Below are positions 21,235-32,300 of a stretch of DNA of 64,000 nt, piece by piece. Location: NCBI GenBank assembly GCA_963663475.2, contig CAXXJV010000001.1, positions 96,001 through 160,000 on the forward strand. The letters are read 5' to 3'. The notes under the pieces were generated by a model that had not been told where the DNA came from, ran no database searches, and saw only the letters and a list, made by a program, of their open reading frames with translations. Each line of letters starts with the position of its first letter. Position 1 is the first letter of the stretch. This DNA is from Candidatus Cloacimonadales bacterium. Lineage in GTDB: Bacteria > Cloacimonadota > Cloacimonadia > Cloacimonadales > JAFGVF01. Position numbers and translations under genes: made by a program.

Positions 21235-24200
21235 ATGGAAATAGGTACTAACCAAGCTATGGAAAAGTATATTGTAGAGAAGATCTCAAAGCTATCAGAG
21301 CTTATCAATAAGTTGGAAGATAAAGGTAGTTCTCTGATTGAAGTTACTGGAAATTCAGGAACTGGCAAATCACTACTTTTCAAGAATCTAATAAAAAGGC
21401 TAGAGAGTAAAGATAGTTTTTATCAGATATTAACTCCGAGAATTTTCGGTCAAAATCATTTTAAAGACTTTGTACAATTGATGACTGGTATAAATGACAA
21501 AGACTTCAAAATGATTCATGATTTGAGTAAGGAGTACAAGACAGGTCAAAAGTATGACTTCTTCTTTTTCTTTAGTGAACAATTGAAGTTAAGAGACTTT
21601 GCTAGACCTTGTATTATACTCATCGATGACTGCAATCTAGTAGATAGTTACACTAAGGATTTCATCCAGTATATTATTAATTATTGGAAAGATATCCCCT
21701 TAAAAGTAGTTGCCTTTACACCAGAAAATACATTTACATTTTCTGATAAATTTATTTTAGACTTTCTTACACAAGAGGATATTGTTAAGATATTAACAGT
21801 ATCTTTCCCTAACATAAAAAGTGATTTCCAGAATGAAGCTGAGATTATTAAAAATATTTCTAAAGGAAATCTCTATATAGTCAACTACATTGTTTCTTCT
21901 TTAGCAAAAAGTAAAGGTAAGCTAGACCTATCCAACTTCATAGATAAGAATCTAGATAGTTTCAAAATTCATACTGCCATAATTGACTCATTAACAGAAG
22001 TTCAGCAAGACATATTATTCTACATATTCTTGCTTGACAACCATGCTGAATACAAAATACTTAAGAAAATATTTTCAAGTAAGTTAGATAAAAATTTAGA
22101 TTCACTTATAAAGTCCTTTTTAGTAGTTGACCACAAAGGCACTTTCTACATTCACAAAGTTTCATCTTATAAAGAGTATTTCGATAGCCTTTCCTTAAAG
22201 AAATATCAAGATAAGATTGAGGAAGTTGTGGATATTTTGCAACAGTTTAATTTAGAACCATATAATATTGTTAACTATTTTATTCTGCTAAACAATCATA
22301 ATTCTGAACTTTTTGAAGAATCTTTAGCCGAACTAGACTCTTTATATGACTATAAGAGTAAAATAGGACTGCTCAAATTTCTTTATTCCAAGCATAAGAA
22401 GATTGAAAAGAAGCTGGAGATACTAAAACAGTTAGGGCTTGCCCATATTGATTTAAATGATTATGAGAAAGCAGTAGATTTATTTAGAGAGTACCTACAT
22501 ATATGTAGTAAACATAGCACTCCTGAAGCAGAAATAATTTATTATTTAGCCTCAGCTTTGTTCAACTCCAACTCCTCTAATTTTGCTTTAGAAATAATTA
22601 AGCAATACTCTCCTGAAAACATAGATTTAGTCTGGAAGATTAAAATCCTTCTCTTGAAATCAGATATTTTAATGGAAGGAGAAGATTTTGTAGAAGCTAG
22701 TGAAATCATTGATCAGGTAGTTAACAGTGCTTTCCAAATCGATGATAAGAAAGTTCAGTCAAATATTTTAGGTGATACTAAGAAGTTATCAGGTAAGTTA
22801 TATTACTTCAAGAATGATTATGATAAAGCTGCAGACTTATTCATGGATGCTGAAACTTACTATAAGAAAGCAGATAATTATATTGGTTTAGCAGCTGTTT
22901 ATAATAACATAGGTGTCTTATACCAATTTAAGGGCGAGTATGATAATTCAGAAGAAATGTATAAGAAGAGTATGGAGTTAGAGAAGAACAGATATAACTT
23001 AAAGGGTATTTCTGTGTGTTATAACAATCTTGGTGGTTTAATGGACGATAAGGGCAATCGTTCTGAGTCAATTTACTACCTAAAAGAAGCTTTAGAAATT
23101 CAAACTCTTTTGAATGATCCTTATCAAATCACCAACATCTATAACAATCTTGGTGTTACTTACATGGATGAAAAGAATTATAAGAACTCTGAAGATGCTT
23201 TTAGGAAGTCTCTAGAAATAGCTATTAATTTTAATTTCTTCAGAGTATTAATTCCCACATACAATAATCTAGGAACCCTCTTCAATGCTAAAGGGGATTG
23301 GGATAAGGCTATCGAATATTATCAAAAAGCTATTGATAAATGTCTGGAATATGATGATTTTGATGGTCTAATAATTTCTTATAGTAATTTAGGTGAAATT
23401 TATGAGAAAAGAGGAGAGTTTAATATTGCCTACGACCTCTATTTCAAAGGATTAGAGCTCTTACCAAAGGTTAATGATGAGAACATTAAAGCTGATTTAT
23501 ATGGTAATATTGGTTCTGTTTTAACCAACCTACACAAATTTAAAGAAGCCTACTCTTATCTGGTAGAAAGTTTAGATTTCTTTAAATCAGTTGATGCCAA
23601 ACATAAAATTGTTGAAGGTTATCAAAAACAAGCAATGTACTTTGTAATGACCCATAATTATGAAAGTGCAGCCTATTATTTAAATCAAGCTTTAGCAATA
23701 GCAGAAGAATTAAATCTTACAAATGAACTTGGTAAGTCTTATTACCTCAAAGCTATTTTAGAAAGAGATGATTTTGAATCTGCTAAAAAATATATTCTTA
23801 AGTCCATTGAGCTTTTCTTATCAAACTCTAAGCAATATGAGTTAGCCCAAGCCAACTATCTTTTGGCAACTATTCTAGCAGATGAACAGGATTGGGAACA
23901 AGCCTTAGAAATTCTCAATAATAATAGAAAATCAATTAAGAAATTCGGAGCTATTAAACTTTTAGAAAAGAATGATATCTTAATAGCTAATATAACTAAA
24001 GAACATAAAGCTGAATTAGAAGGTTCTAGAAATCAGGTTGAGTTAACTAACAAGTTCTACGAAATAACTAAAGACCTTGGTACTATAACTAATTTTGATA
24101 CCTTATTGGAAGAATCTTCCAACAAATTAGTAGAATTTTCAGAAGCAGACTCTGCAATTGTCTGCCTTTATAACAATCAAGCTATTAAGGATAGCTGGCA

Positions 24201-25497
24201 GTATTTAAAACTTATCAATATTGAAAAAAGTGCTAAATACTTTGATGTAATCATGGATATAGCAAAACAGTCCTATAGCTCTGCTAAAAAGATTGATTAC
24301 AAACAGCCATCTATAGCCCCAATCTATAATCATATTGTTGCCTTCCCTTTATCTTTGAGAAATAAATCTCAAGGTGTAATTATTCTCATGACCAAACATG
24401 GTACTCACTACTTCCCTGAAAAATCAATTAATATGATTTCTGCTCTCTGTAATCAAATAATCGTTCTTATTGAAAATATTAGAACTTCTGATCTAGAAAA
24501 AACTCATGCCCAAATAAGAGGTGAGTTAATCGAATCTAATCCTTTTAATATTATTGGTAAGAGTAAAAAAATGATGGAAATCTTTGATTTGATCAACAGA
24601 ATTAAAGATACCCCAACTACTGTTTTAGTTGAAGGACCTAGTGGTACAGGTAAGGAGTTAATTGCCAGGGCTATTCACTATTCTTCCATAAGAAGGAATA
24701 AGCAATTTATTGCTCAATACTGTGGAGCACTACCAGAGACTCTGCTTGAATCAGAACTCTTTGGGCATGTTAAAGGATCATTTACTGGTGCAGCCTATGA
24801 TAAAAAAGGTCTCTTAGAACTAGCAGATGGAGGAACTTTCTTCTTAGATGAAATCGCTGATATATCATTATCTACTCAAGCAAAACTTCTTAGATTCTTA
24901 CAGGAAGGAGAAGTTAAAAGAGTCGGTTCCACTAAAACTGAAAAAGTTAATGTCAGAGTTGTTTGTGCTACCAATGTTTCCCTGATTGATAAAGTGAAAA
25001 CTGGTGAATTTAGACTTGACCTCTATTACAGACTTAATGTTATTAGAATCCAAGTACCAGCCCTAACCGAGAGAAGAGATGATATACCTTTACTAGCAGT
25101 ACACTTCTTAGATAAGTATAATAAACATATCAATAAAAAAGTTTCTGGTATTACAGATGAAGCAATGACTATACTTAAAAACTATGAATGGCCTGGAAAT
25201 GTTAGACAGTTAGAAAATGAAATTGAGAGAGCTGTTACATTAGCAGATAACAATGCCTTTATTAAAGCGGAAGATGTCTCTCCAGAACTTATTCATTTTA
25301 CCGCTAATAAAACTACTATAAACCTGCTCTCTAAACCACAGTCTCTCAAAGATGCTGTCGAAGAGCTTGAAATACAAATGATAACCCAAGCTTTAGAAGA
25401 AACAGACTGGAATCAGACCCAGGCAGCTAAAGCTATTGGCCTCAGTAGACAAGGATTAATTAAAAAGATTAAAAGATATAATTTAGATCGCGAATAA
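21235..25497 (+). CDS. Sigma54-dependent enhancer-binding protein with N-terminal P-loop (STAND-like) ATPase, TPR array, GAF, AAA+ and Fis-type HTH
   Basis: GNSGTGKS and IILIDD at the N-terminus; repeated YNNLG TPRs; GPSGTGKELIARAIH, ESELFGHVKGSFTGA, FFLDEI, WPGNVRQLEN; HTH NQTQAAKAIGLSRQGL. Confidence 0.92.
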   Translation: MEIGTNQAMEKYIVEKISKLSELINKLEDKGSSLIEVTGNSGTGKSLLFKNLIKRLESKDSFYQILTPRIFGQNHFKDFVQLMTGINDKDFKMIHDLSKEYKTGQKYDFFFFFSEQLKLRDFARPCIILIDDCNLVDSYTKDFIQYIINYWKDIPLKVVAFTPENTFTFSDKFILDFLTQEDIVKILTVSFPNIKSDFQNEAEIIKNISKGNLYIVNYIVSSLAKSKGKLDLSNFIDKNLDSFKIHTAIIDSLTEVQQDILFYIFLLDNHAEYKILKKIFSSKLDKNLDSLIKSFLVVDHKGTFYIHKVSSYKEYFDSLSLKKYQDKIEEVVDILQQFNLEPYNIVNYFILLNNHNSELFEESLAELDSLYDYKSKIGLLKFLYSKHKKIEKKLEILKQLGLAHIDLNDYEKAVDLFREYLHICSKHSTPEAEIIYYLASALFNSNSSNFALEIIKQYSPENIDLVWKIKILLLKSDILMEGEDFVEASEIIDQVVNSAFQIDDKKVQSNILGDTKKLSGKLYYFKNDYDKAADLFMDAETYYKKADNYIGLAAVYNNIGVLYQFKGEYDNSEEMYKKSMELEKNRYNLKGISVCYNNLGGLMDDKGNRSESIYYLKEALEIQTLLNDPYQITNIYNNLGVTYMDEKNYKNSEDAFRKSLEIAINFNFFRVLIPTYNNLGTLFNAKGDWDKAIEYYQKAIDKCLEYDDFDGLIISYSNLGEIYEKRGEFNIAYDLYFKGLELLPKVNDENIKADLYGNIGSVLTNLHKFKEAYSYLVESLDFFKSVDAKHKIVEGYQKQAMYFVMTHNYESAAYYLNQALAIAEELNLTNELGKSYYLKAILERDDFESAKKYILKSIELFLSNSKQYELAQANYLLATILADEQDWEQALEILNNNRKSIKKFGAIKLLEKNDILIANITKEHKAELEGSRNQVELTNKFYEITKDLGTITNFDTLLEESSNKLVEFSEADSAIVCLYNNQAIKDSWQYLKLINIEKSAKYFDVIMDIAKQSYSSAKKIDYKQPSIAPIYNHIVAFPLSLRNKSQGVIILMTKHGTHYFPEKSINMISALCNQIIVLIENIRTSDLEKTHAQIRGELIESNPFNIIGKSKKMMEIFDLINRIKDTPTTVLVEGPSGTGKELIARAIHYSSIRRNKQFIAQYCGALPETLLESELFGHVKGSFTGAAYDKKGLLELADGGTFFLDEIADISLSTQAKLLRFLQEGEVKRVGSTKTEKVNVRVVCATNVSLIDKVKTGEFRLDLYYRLNVIRIQVPALTERRDDIPLLAVHFLDKYNKHINKKVSGITDEAMTILKNYEWPGNVRQLENEIERAVTLADNNAFIKAEDVSPELIHFTANKTTINLLSKPQSLKDAVEELEIQMITQALEETDWNQTQAAKAIGLSRQGLIKKIKRYNLDRE

Positions 25498-25504
25498 GGA
25501 TGGT

Positions 25505-28381
25505 TTGGTGAATAATGAAATTCTGCAAGCATTCAGTTTTGTTGCAGTAGATATTAAAACTACAGGAATAAAACCTGAAACTAATAATATTATTGAAATT
25601 GGTGCTACTCTTTTCCAAAAAGGTCAAGCAGTAGACCAATTTCATTCTTATGTACAAGCTACATTTAAGGTATCTCCTCTTGCTCTTGCTTCCCTAGATA
25701 TCTCTTTAAATACTCTTAATCACTATGGACAACCCTTAAAAAATGTCCTCAAGGAACTTGATAATTTTGTTGGTGATAATAACCTGCTCTTCTTCAATGA
25801 TATTGACCAATCTGGTTTTCTAACTCACCATATTATTCAGCAAAATATTAGTCCCTTTATTGATTATTACTATGACCTCTATGAGTTAATGAAAATTTAT
25901 TTCCCCTTTTCCCAACACTTCGATTTAGAACAACTAAGCCAAAACCTAAAGTATCAATTACCTGATTCTCAGAATTGCCAAGATAAATCTAAAGTACTTG
26001 GTGAAATGTTCTATCAACTCATCGACTATGTTATTGATAATATTGCCTATCCTAAGAATAGACTCCTCTATCAAATTGCTGCTATAGCTAACCTAGATAG
26101 CGATATCAATTCAATTCTCTTAAAAATTACTGAATATCAACAGAAAACTGCACTGGTTAAAGAAGATAAGTTCACAGCCAAAAATTCTCAAGTGAATTTC
26201 ATAGATTCTCAAGTAAAATCTTCACAATATCCCTCTATTGAAAAAATTTTGGGAAATTCTGGACTCTTCTCTGAGAAATTCCCTAATTATGAGGAAAGAC
26301 AAGGGCAAATAATGATGGCCCAAGCTGTAGATACAGCCTTTCAAAAAGACCAGCTCTTACTAGTTGAAGCAGGAACAGGAGTTGGAAAATCTTTTGCCTA
26401 TCTGATACCTGCTATCCAGTATTCTACAAAAAGTAAAAGTAAAGTGATTATTTCTACTAATACTAAGAATTTACAAGAACAACTATTTTATAAAGACCTC
26501 CCTACTCTAGCTGAAATTCTCCCTATTAATTTTAAAGCATTAATAGTCAAAGGACGTGAAAACTATATTTGTTTAAAAAGATGGCTAGAGACAAGCTTAA
26601 ATATCAATTCCTTAACTAATTATGAAGCTCAAGGACTGCTTTACCTAGTTGTTTGGCAAAGTCAAACTACTACTGGCGATATATCAGAAAATAATGCTTT
26701 TGACAAGACTAAATTCCCCGCTTCTTGGCGTCTAATCGTTTCCGAAAGATACTTCTGTGGAGGTATCAATCGTTGCTCTCATGGCTCTTCTTGCCACGTT
26801 ATGTTTATTAAGAAAAAGCTAGAAGAAGCTGGTTTAGTAGTTGTAAATCATTCTTTGTTACTTTCTGACTTGATGAACGATAAAAAAACTTTAGGAGAAT
26901 ACTCTAGAGTTATCATAGATGAGGCCCATAATCTTCCTTCCGTAGCAAGTAAACATCTTGGCTTCAGTTTAACCTACTTTGATATCAATCAATTATTAAA
27001 TCATATCATCTTTGTTAAACAAAAAAAGAAAGTAGGACTTCTAGCTAATTTCCTAAATATTATTGAAAATACCCTTCAGGATAGTCAAGCCTCAAAATCC
27101 CATTTTATCTCCCAAACTAACTCAATAATAGATTTTATCACTGAACATAAAAAGAACTATTCCGATGTTTTCAATAAACTTTCCCATATTGTGGAAGAAA
27201 GAGGTTCTTATGGAAAATATAGACTGAAAGATGTCTCTGTTATTCCTGATTTTGAGTCTGACTTTACTGAGTTTAAAAATACTTGGAATCAACTAAGTCA
27301 AAAGTTCTTCCGCTTAACTGAACTGCTACGAATGACCTCTAAAGATTTAATTCACCAATATGATAAATACCTAACTGACTTTGAAGGAATCTATCAACAG
27401 CTAAGCGAAATTGAAGAATCTCTTAACATTCTTTCCAAACCTGAATGGAATGATAATGTGATTTGGTTAGAACAACTAGCTTCTAGAAATAGTGATTTCC
27501 CTCTTGTAATTATCAACTACGCCCCTATCGAAGTTAACGAGAAATTACATGGTTATCTCTATAATGCTGTAGATACTTTAGTTATGACTTCCGCTACTTT
27601 AGCTATCAGAGGTGTTTTTAAGTTCTTTCTGAACCAATCAGGATTAGCCTTGTTACAAGATAAAGCTATTGAGCAAATAATTGTACCATCTCCCTTTGAT
27701 TATAATAAGCAATCTAAACTCTTCGTAACTAATTTCCTTCCCTTCCCTAAGGATTCTTTCTATGTAGATCAAGCCTTAAAAATTCTCAACACCCTAATTT
27801 CAAATACTAAGCAAGGAAGCATGGTCCTCTTCACTTCCTATAAAGACCTTAATTATGCCTATAGAGAACTACAAGAACCCCTCTTTGAACAAGGAATAAA
27901 ACTCCTTGCCCAAGGTATCTCAGGTAGTAGAAATTCAATTTTAAATGAGTTTAAAAGAAATAAAAATTCTGTCCTTCTAGGAACATCTTCCTTCTGGGAA
28001 GGCGTTGATGTTCAAGGAGATTCCCTCTCTCAGTTAATTGTTTTTAAACTACCCTTCCAAGTTCCCTCAGAACCATCTGTGGAAGCTTATATTGAAAAAC
28101 TTGAAGCCCAAAAGAAAAACTCCTTTATGCACTTTATGCTACCTAACGCTCTGCTTAAGGTTAGACAAGGATTTGGTAGATTAATCAGAAGTAAACTCGA
28201 TAAAGGGGTCGTTATTATCCTTGATAAAAGAGTAATTACTACCAGATATGGTGACTACTTCCGCCAAATATTACCTTGCAAACTTCAAGTTATCAACACA
28301 GACCTAGAACTTGTTGACGTAACTAACAAATTTTTTAATAATTTACAGGATAAGGAACATGTACAAATCCCTGATTTCTAA
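25505..28381 (+). CDS. dinG: DnaQ-like exonuclease domain fused to a DinG/YoaA-family Fe-S helicase
   Basis: Q-motif EERQGQ, EAGTGVGKS, four Fe-S Cys (YICLKR...FCGGINRCSHGSSC), DEAH, TSATL, FWEGVD, QGFGRLIR. Confidence 0.88.
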   Translation: MVNNEILQAFSFVAVDIKTTGIKPETNNIIEIGATLFQKGQAVDQFHSYVQATFKVSPLALASLDISLNTLNHYGQPLKNVLKELDNFVGDNNLLFFNDIDQSGFLTHHIIQQNISPFIDYYYDLYELMKIYFPFSQHFDLEQLSQNLKYQLPDSQNCQDKSKVLGEMFYQLIDYVIDNIAYPKNRLLYQIAAIANLDSDINSILLKITEYQQKTALVKEDKFTAKNSQVNFIDSQVKSSQYPSIEKILGNSGLFSEKFPNYEERQGQIMMAQAVDTAFQKDQLLLVEAGTGVGKSFAYLIPAIQYSTKSKSKVIISTNTKNLQEQLFYKDLPTLAEILPINFKALIVKGRENYICLKRWLETSLNINSLTNYEAQGLLYLVVWQSQTTTGDISENNAFDKTKFPASWRLIVSERYFCGGINRCSHGSSCHVMFIKKKLEEAGLVVVNHSLLLSDLMNDKKTLGEYSRVIIDEAHNLPSVASKHLGFSLTYFDINQLLNHIIFVKQKKKVGLLANFLNIIENTLQDSQASKSHFISQTNSIIDFITEHKKNYSDVFNKLSHIVEERGSYGKYRLKDVSVIPDFESDFTEFKNTWNQLSQKFFRLTELLRMTSKDLIHQYDKYLTDFEGIYQQLSEIEESLNILSKPEWNDNVIWLEQLASRNSDFPLVIINYAPIEVNEKLHGYLYNAVDTLVMTSATLAIRGVFKFFLNQSGLALLQDKAIEQIIVPSPFDYNKQSKLFVTNFLPFPKDSFYVDQALKILNTLISNTKQGSMVLFTSYKDLNYAYRELQEPLFEQGIKLLAQGISGSRNSILNEFKRNKNSVLLGTSSFWEGVDVQGDSLSQLIVFKLPFQVPSEPSVEAYIEKLEAQKKNSFMHFMLPNALLKVRQGFGRLIRSKLDKGVVIILDKRVITTRYGDYFRQILPCKLQVINTDLELVDVTNKFFNNLQDKEHVQIPDF

Positions 28382-29252
28382 ATACTCTCCCAAGTATCTT
28401 ATTCAAAATGAAAAACTTGCTAAACATACTTCCTTTAAAATTGGTGGTCCTGCAGATATTTTTTTAATGCCAGACACAAAAAGTCTTCTTCAAGAAATGA
28501 TTAGCCAGGTAACTGATTTAAACCTAAAATATATGCTTATCGGTGGAGGAAATAATCTTCTCTTCTCTGATTCAGGATTCAGAGGTGTTATTATTTCTAC
28601 TGAAAAACTTAATAAAATTCATATTGAAAATAATATTATCACTGCCCAATGTGGAGTTTCCTTAAAAGACCTAACTGAATTTTCTCTTAAACACTCCTTA
28701 TCTGGCTTAGAGTTTGCTTGTGGCATTCCAGGTAGTGTCGGAGGAGCTGTCTTTATGAACGCTGGTGCTTACGGAGGAGAAATGAAAGATGTCATTATCT
28801 CTGTAGATTTTCTTGACCATGATAATATATTAAGAAAGCACGGATTAAGAGGTCATAATTTTGACTATCGTACTAGCATCTACCAACAAAGAAACTATCT
28901 AGTCTTAGAAGCTAAATTTAAACTTACCCCAAAAAATAGGAAGGACATTGAAGCAACTATGGATGATTTACAGGCTAGAAGAAAAGCAAAACAACCACTG
29001 GAATATCCAAGTGCTGGATCTGTCTTTCGCAGACCAGATGGTTACTTCGTTGGCAAACTCATCGATGATTGTGGTTTAAGAGGTTACTCTATTGGTGGAG
29101 CTCAAATCTCCGAAAAACACTCTGGTTTCATTATTAATAAAGATCATGCAACAGCTCAAGATGTTAAAGACTTAATAATGCATATCCAAGAAGTTGTTAA
29201 GTGCAAATTTGGGGTTGAACTTCATACCGAGGTGAGAATTATTGAGAATTAA
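28359..29252 (+). CDS. murB: UDP-N-acetylenolpyruvoylglucosamine reductase
   Basis: HTSFKIGGPAD, GIPGSVGGAVFMNAGAYG, QPLEYPSAGSVF, SEKHSGFIIN. Confidence 0.97.
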   Translation: MYKSLISKYSPKYLIQNEKLAKHTSFKIGGPADIFLMPDTKSLLQEMISQVTDLNLKYMLIGGGNNLLFSDSGFRGVIISTEKLNKIHIENNIITAQCGVSLKDLTEFSLKHSLSGLEFACGIPGSVGGAVFMNAGAYGGEMKDVIISVDFLDHDNILRKHGLRGHNFDYRTSIYQQRNYLVLEAKFKLTPKNRKDIEATMDDLQARRKAKQPLEYPSAGSVFRRPDGYFVGKLIDDCGLRGYSIGGAQISEKHSGFIINKDHATAQDVKDLIMHIQEVVKCKFGVELHTEVRIIEN

Positions 29253-29280
29253 GGATTAGATATCCAGTAGAGTAAGACTC

Positions 29281-29566
29281 CCACACGAATTAGCACGAAT
29301 TAAGAGAAGATCCTTAACACAGAGTTTCACAGAGGTTAAGAGGAGTCCCACAGAGGTTAAGGGAAAAAAAATGAAGACCTCTTAATTCCCCTCTACGGAG
29401 GGGTGCCGAAGGTGGGGTGGTCCCTTTTCTTAAAGTCCTCTTTTGGGGATTTAGGGGCTTGTGTCCTGATATTCTCAGGACGGGGTGATTCACAATGCTC
29501 CAGAGGAGCTAACTCTTTGTAGTACATGAGAATGCCAAAAAACCGTTCGACGCGTTAGCGAAGAAC
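29281..29566. repeat. Intergenic mosaic of REP-like palindromes and short tandem repeats
   Basis: CACGAATTA x2, CACAGAG x3, CCCCTCTACGGAGGGG, AAAGTCCTCTTTTGGGGATTTAGGGGCTT, GTCCTGA-TATTC-TCAGGAC, GCTCC-AGA-GGAGC. Confidence 0.7.
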
Positions 29567-29596
29567 TGATAAAACTAATACAAAAAAGGATGGAAA

Positions 29597-31822
29597 ATGG
29601 ATAGAGAACAACAATTAACAAATTATATTATCTCATTTGCCAGATTATATGGTTATGTTAGATATTTTCACCCTAGCAATGAAGCAAGTAGGATAGAATG
29701 GGAAAAGTTTGCTTCGTATGCTATCAAGAGTATTTTAAAGGTTAAAAATGATAATGAATATATCGATTATATTCAAGCACTATTCTCAAAAATTACAGTA
29801 GGGTTTAACTATTCAAAAAATGAAATTAATCTAGCACAACTTTCAAGTGATTTAACTCCAACTAATTTCTCAGAATATAAAACATCTCATTGGGTTCACT
29901 TTGGATTAAATGAAGCTTTTGGTGTCTATTTCAATAAAAGAACAAACAATTGTTATGAAATTAGAAAATTAGCTAATTTTAGATATTCCAGAGGGATAAT
30001 TACATTTAAGGACCTAAACATTTCTCCTTCAGCTGAAAATATAATCCTTAGGATCAAAATGAGGGGTATTCCGAAAAGTGATAAAACCATAGGGATTAAT
30101 CTTTTACATGGAAAGAATCAGCATTATATAGACGACTCTGAGGTAAATTCTGAAGAGACATTCCGAGAGATTGAGTTAACTACCAAGTTAGATAACCTGG
30201 CAGAGTATAATCTGAATTTATTTCTATTCGACCATGAATATATTGAAATTGCTTCAATAACAATATGGGAAAGTTATATCAATAACAGGAATATACTGCA
30301 ATCGTGGGATATGCCTCCTAGAATTGACCAATTGACCTATTTTGAATATAATGATAGTAGAATTCCCAATACTAAGTTTAGCATAGAAAACTACAAGACC
30401 CTTAATGTCCTTAGAATTGAGGAAGATAGGTCAGATTTAAATTATACTAAAGGATATGTTAAAGATATAAAAGATGTAGATCTTGAGTATCCTAAATATA
30501 TTATTTATAAAGATTTCAATGGTTATAATGTTGTAATTCCACGTGTCCTCTATGTTAGAAATTGCCAAACTACCCCAATTTTAGACATTGATAAAGTAAA
30601 TGAACTTAACAAAGAGATAAAAAAGATTAATATTGATGATGATACTGAGCTATATAACAGACTAGCTACAGTCGTAATGTTCTGGAATAACCTGGAGCAT
30701 TTTTATCCATATTGGGATTATATAGAAGAAGATATTGATGATGCTTTAATTTCTAATGATGGACAAAGTGAATATAGAAGAAAACTACTAGAAAATAGTA
30801 TTGGAGAAACTCTCAGATCAAGAAACTTAGTCGACTTAAACGAAGTTATTAATAGAATTTGCTCTGTAATCAAGGACGGTCATTCAGGTATAATGAACAA
30901 AGAAATCAATTTGAAAACTCTTCCCTTTTACATTATCCTAATAGAAGATAAATGGATAGTTAAGACTTCTAAAACTAAAGAAGTACCAATTGGATCTGAA
31001 CTAATTAAGATAGAGGGAAAAGATGCAGCTAAACAATTAGGTGAAGTAGCTCATCTATATATTAAAGCAAGTCCCCAACACACAAATGCTATGTTGTTTA
31101 GTAATTACATACGTTCCCTTAAACAAGATAAAACCAACTTGCAGTTCAGATATAATAACGAAATTATTGATTTTATATTTGACAGAAATAATGATTATTC
31201 AGAACCAAGCACTAGTGAAAGTGTAAAAGAGTATGATAATGGAACAATTTATCTAGATATTAATCATGGCAAACTCAATGATGCAGATATAGAAGAATTA
31301 CTCCCCAAACTTCTAAATGCCAAGAATATAATCCTTGATGTAAGATCATACCCAGGAATAGGGTTATCACTGCTACAACATATGCAAACGAAACCGTGCC
31401 CTTGGAGTAATAAAGATATACCACTAGTTCTTAATCCACACAGGAATAATGATTATTCTATACCATACTTTCAAAATCATCTAAAAAAGCCAAAAGAGCC
31501 ACATATCAATGCCAATATTATTGCTCTTTCTAGCAGGCATTCTATAAGCTATTGTGAATCATTCATATCATATCTTAAATACAATAATCTGGCTACAATT
31601 GTTGGGGAACAAACGGCTGGAACAACTGGTGATGTTGTGCCTGGTATATATCCGTGTAAGTCTAGAATCCACTTTACTGGTTTGAGAGTAGTTAACCCTG
31701 ATGGATCTAGATTTCATGGAGTGGGAATAATACCTGACTTAGAAGTTAAACTAACTGTTCAAGGAATATTAGATGGAAGAGATGAAGTTTTGGAGGCAGC
31801 TATTAAGCTCTGTAAAAGTTAG
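29597..31822 (+). CDS. S41-family peptidase
   Basis: FARLYGYVRYFHPS N-terminus, HFYPY, DGH, IILDVRSYP, catalytic SISYCE, GEQTAGTTG, HGVGIIPD. Confidence 0.85.
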   Translation: MDREQQLTNYIISFARLYGYVRYFHPSNEASRIEWEKFASYAIKSILKVKNDNEYIDYIQALFSKITVGFNYSKNEINLAQLSSDLTPTNFSEYKTSHWVHFGLNEAFGVYFNKRTNNCYEIRKLANFRYSRGIITFKDLNISPSAENIILRIKMRGIPKSDKTIGINLLHGKNQHYIDDSEVNSEETFREIELTTKLDNLAEYNLNLFLFDHEYIEIASITIWESYINNRNILQSWDMPPRIDQLTYFEYNDSRIPNTKFSIENYKTLNVLRIEEDRSDLNYTKGYVKDIKDVDLEYPKYIIYKDFNGYNVVIPRVLYVRNCQTTPILDIDKVNELNKEIKKINIDDDTELYNRLATVVMFWNNLEHFYPYWDYIEEDIDDALISNDGQSEYRRKLLENSIGETLRSRNLVDLNEVINRICSVIKDGHSGIMNKEINLKTLPFYIILIEDKWIVKTSKTKEVPIGSELIKIEGKDAAKQLGEVAHLYIKASPQHTNAMLFSNYIRSLKQDKTNLQFRYNNEIIDFIFDRNNDYSEPSTSESVKEYDNGTIYLDINHGKLNDADIEELLPKLLNAKNIILDVRSYPGIGLSLLQHMQTKPCPWSNKDIPLVLNPHRNNDYSIPYFQNHLKKPKEPHINANIIALSSRHSISYCESFISYLKYNNLATIVGEQTAGTTGDVVPGIYPCKSRIHFTGLRVVNPDGSRFHGVGIIPDLEVKLTVQGILDGRDEVLEAAIKLCKS

Positions 31823-32212
31823 ATTATTTTTAGTTAAATTTCTTATTTGTCATGGATTAAATTAATGAGAGTAATATAAGAAGTGTGTAAGAATTCATTG
31901 ATTTATGTAAAATAATAATGATACGAAACAGGGGACTTATGACTATAGAGATAATGTAACAAGCTTGAACTGGACTGACGAGAATATCTTTCAAACAGCC
32001 CAAAAACAGTTCTATTTTGTTATTGCCTACCCAACTGATGCTAGAACAGACATAGATGCATTTATCAATTCTCTTCGCTATATGACACGAGAAGGAATGG
32101 TTGTTAAACTACCAAACTTAAACAAATAAAGTAAAAACAAAACTTAGATACTTAAGAGTGATGGAATTTATTCTATCACTCTTCTTTTTGTTATTTACCC
32201 TTGGTCAGTAAA

Positions 32213-32238
32213 AAGGGCGTATGCAATACGCCCCTACA
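32213..32238 (-). repeat. GTAG-type REP palindrome
   Basis: Minus strand GTAGGGGCGTATTGCATACGCCC: GTAG tetranucleotide followed by a GGGCGTAT/ATACGCCC stem. Confidence 0.7.
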
Positions 32239-32300
32239 AAATTTGTATAAAAGGAAATGCTTTCAAAAAATGCAGACATTCCCAGTAATAATATTAAAAT

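Noticed and set aside
31910-32129. Open frame of about 70 codons (..YDYRDNVTSLNWTDENIFQ...KLPNLNK*)
   Set aside because: No usable upstream start or RBS; at best an unidentifiable gene remnant.
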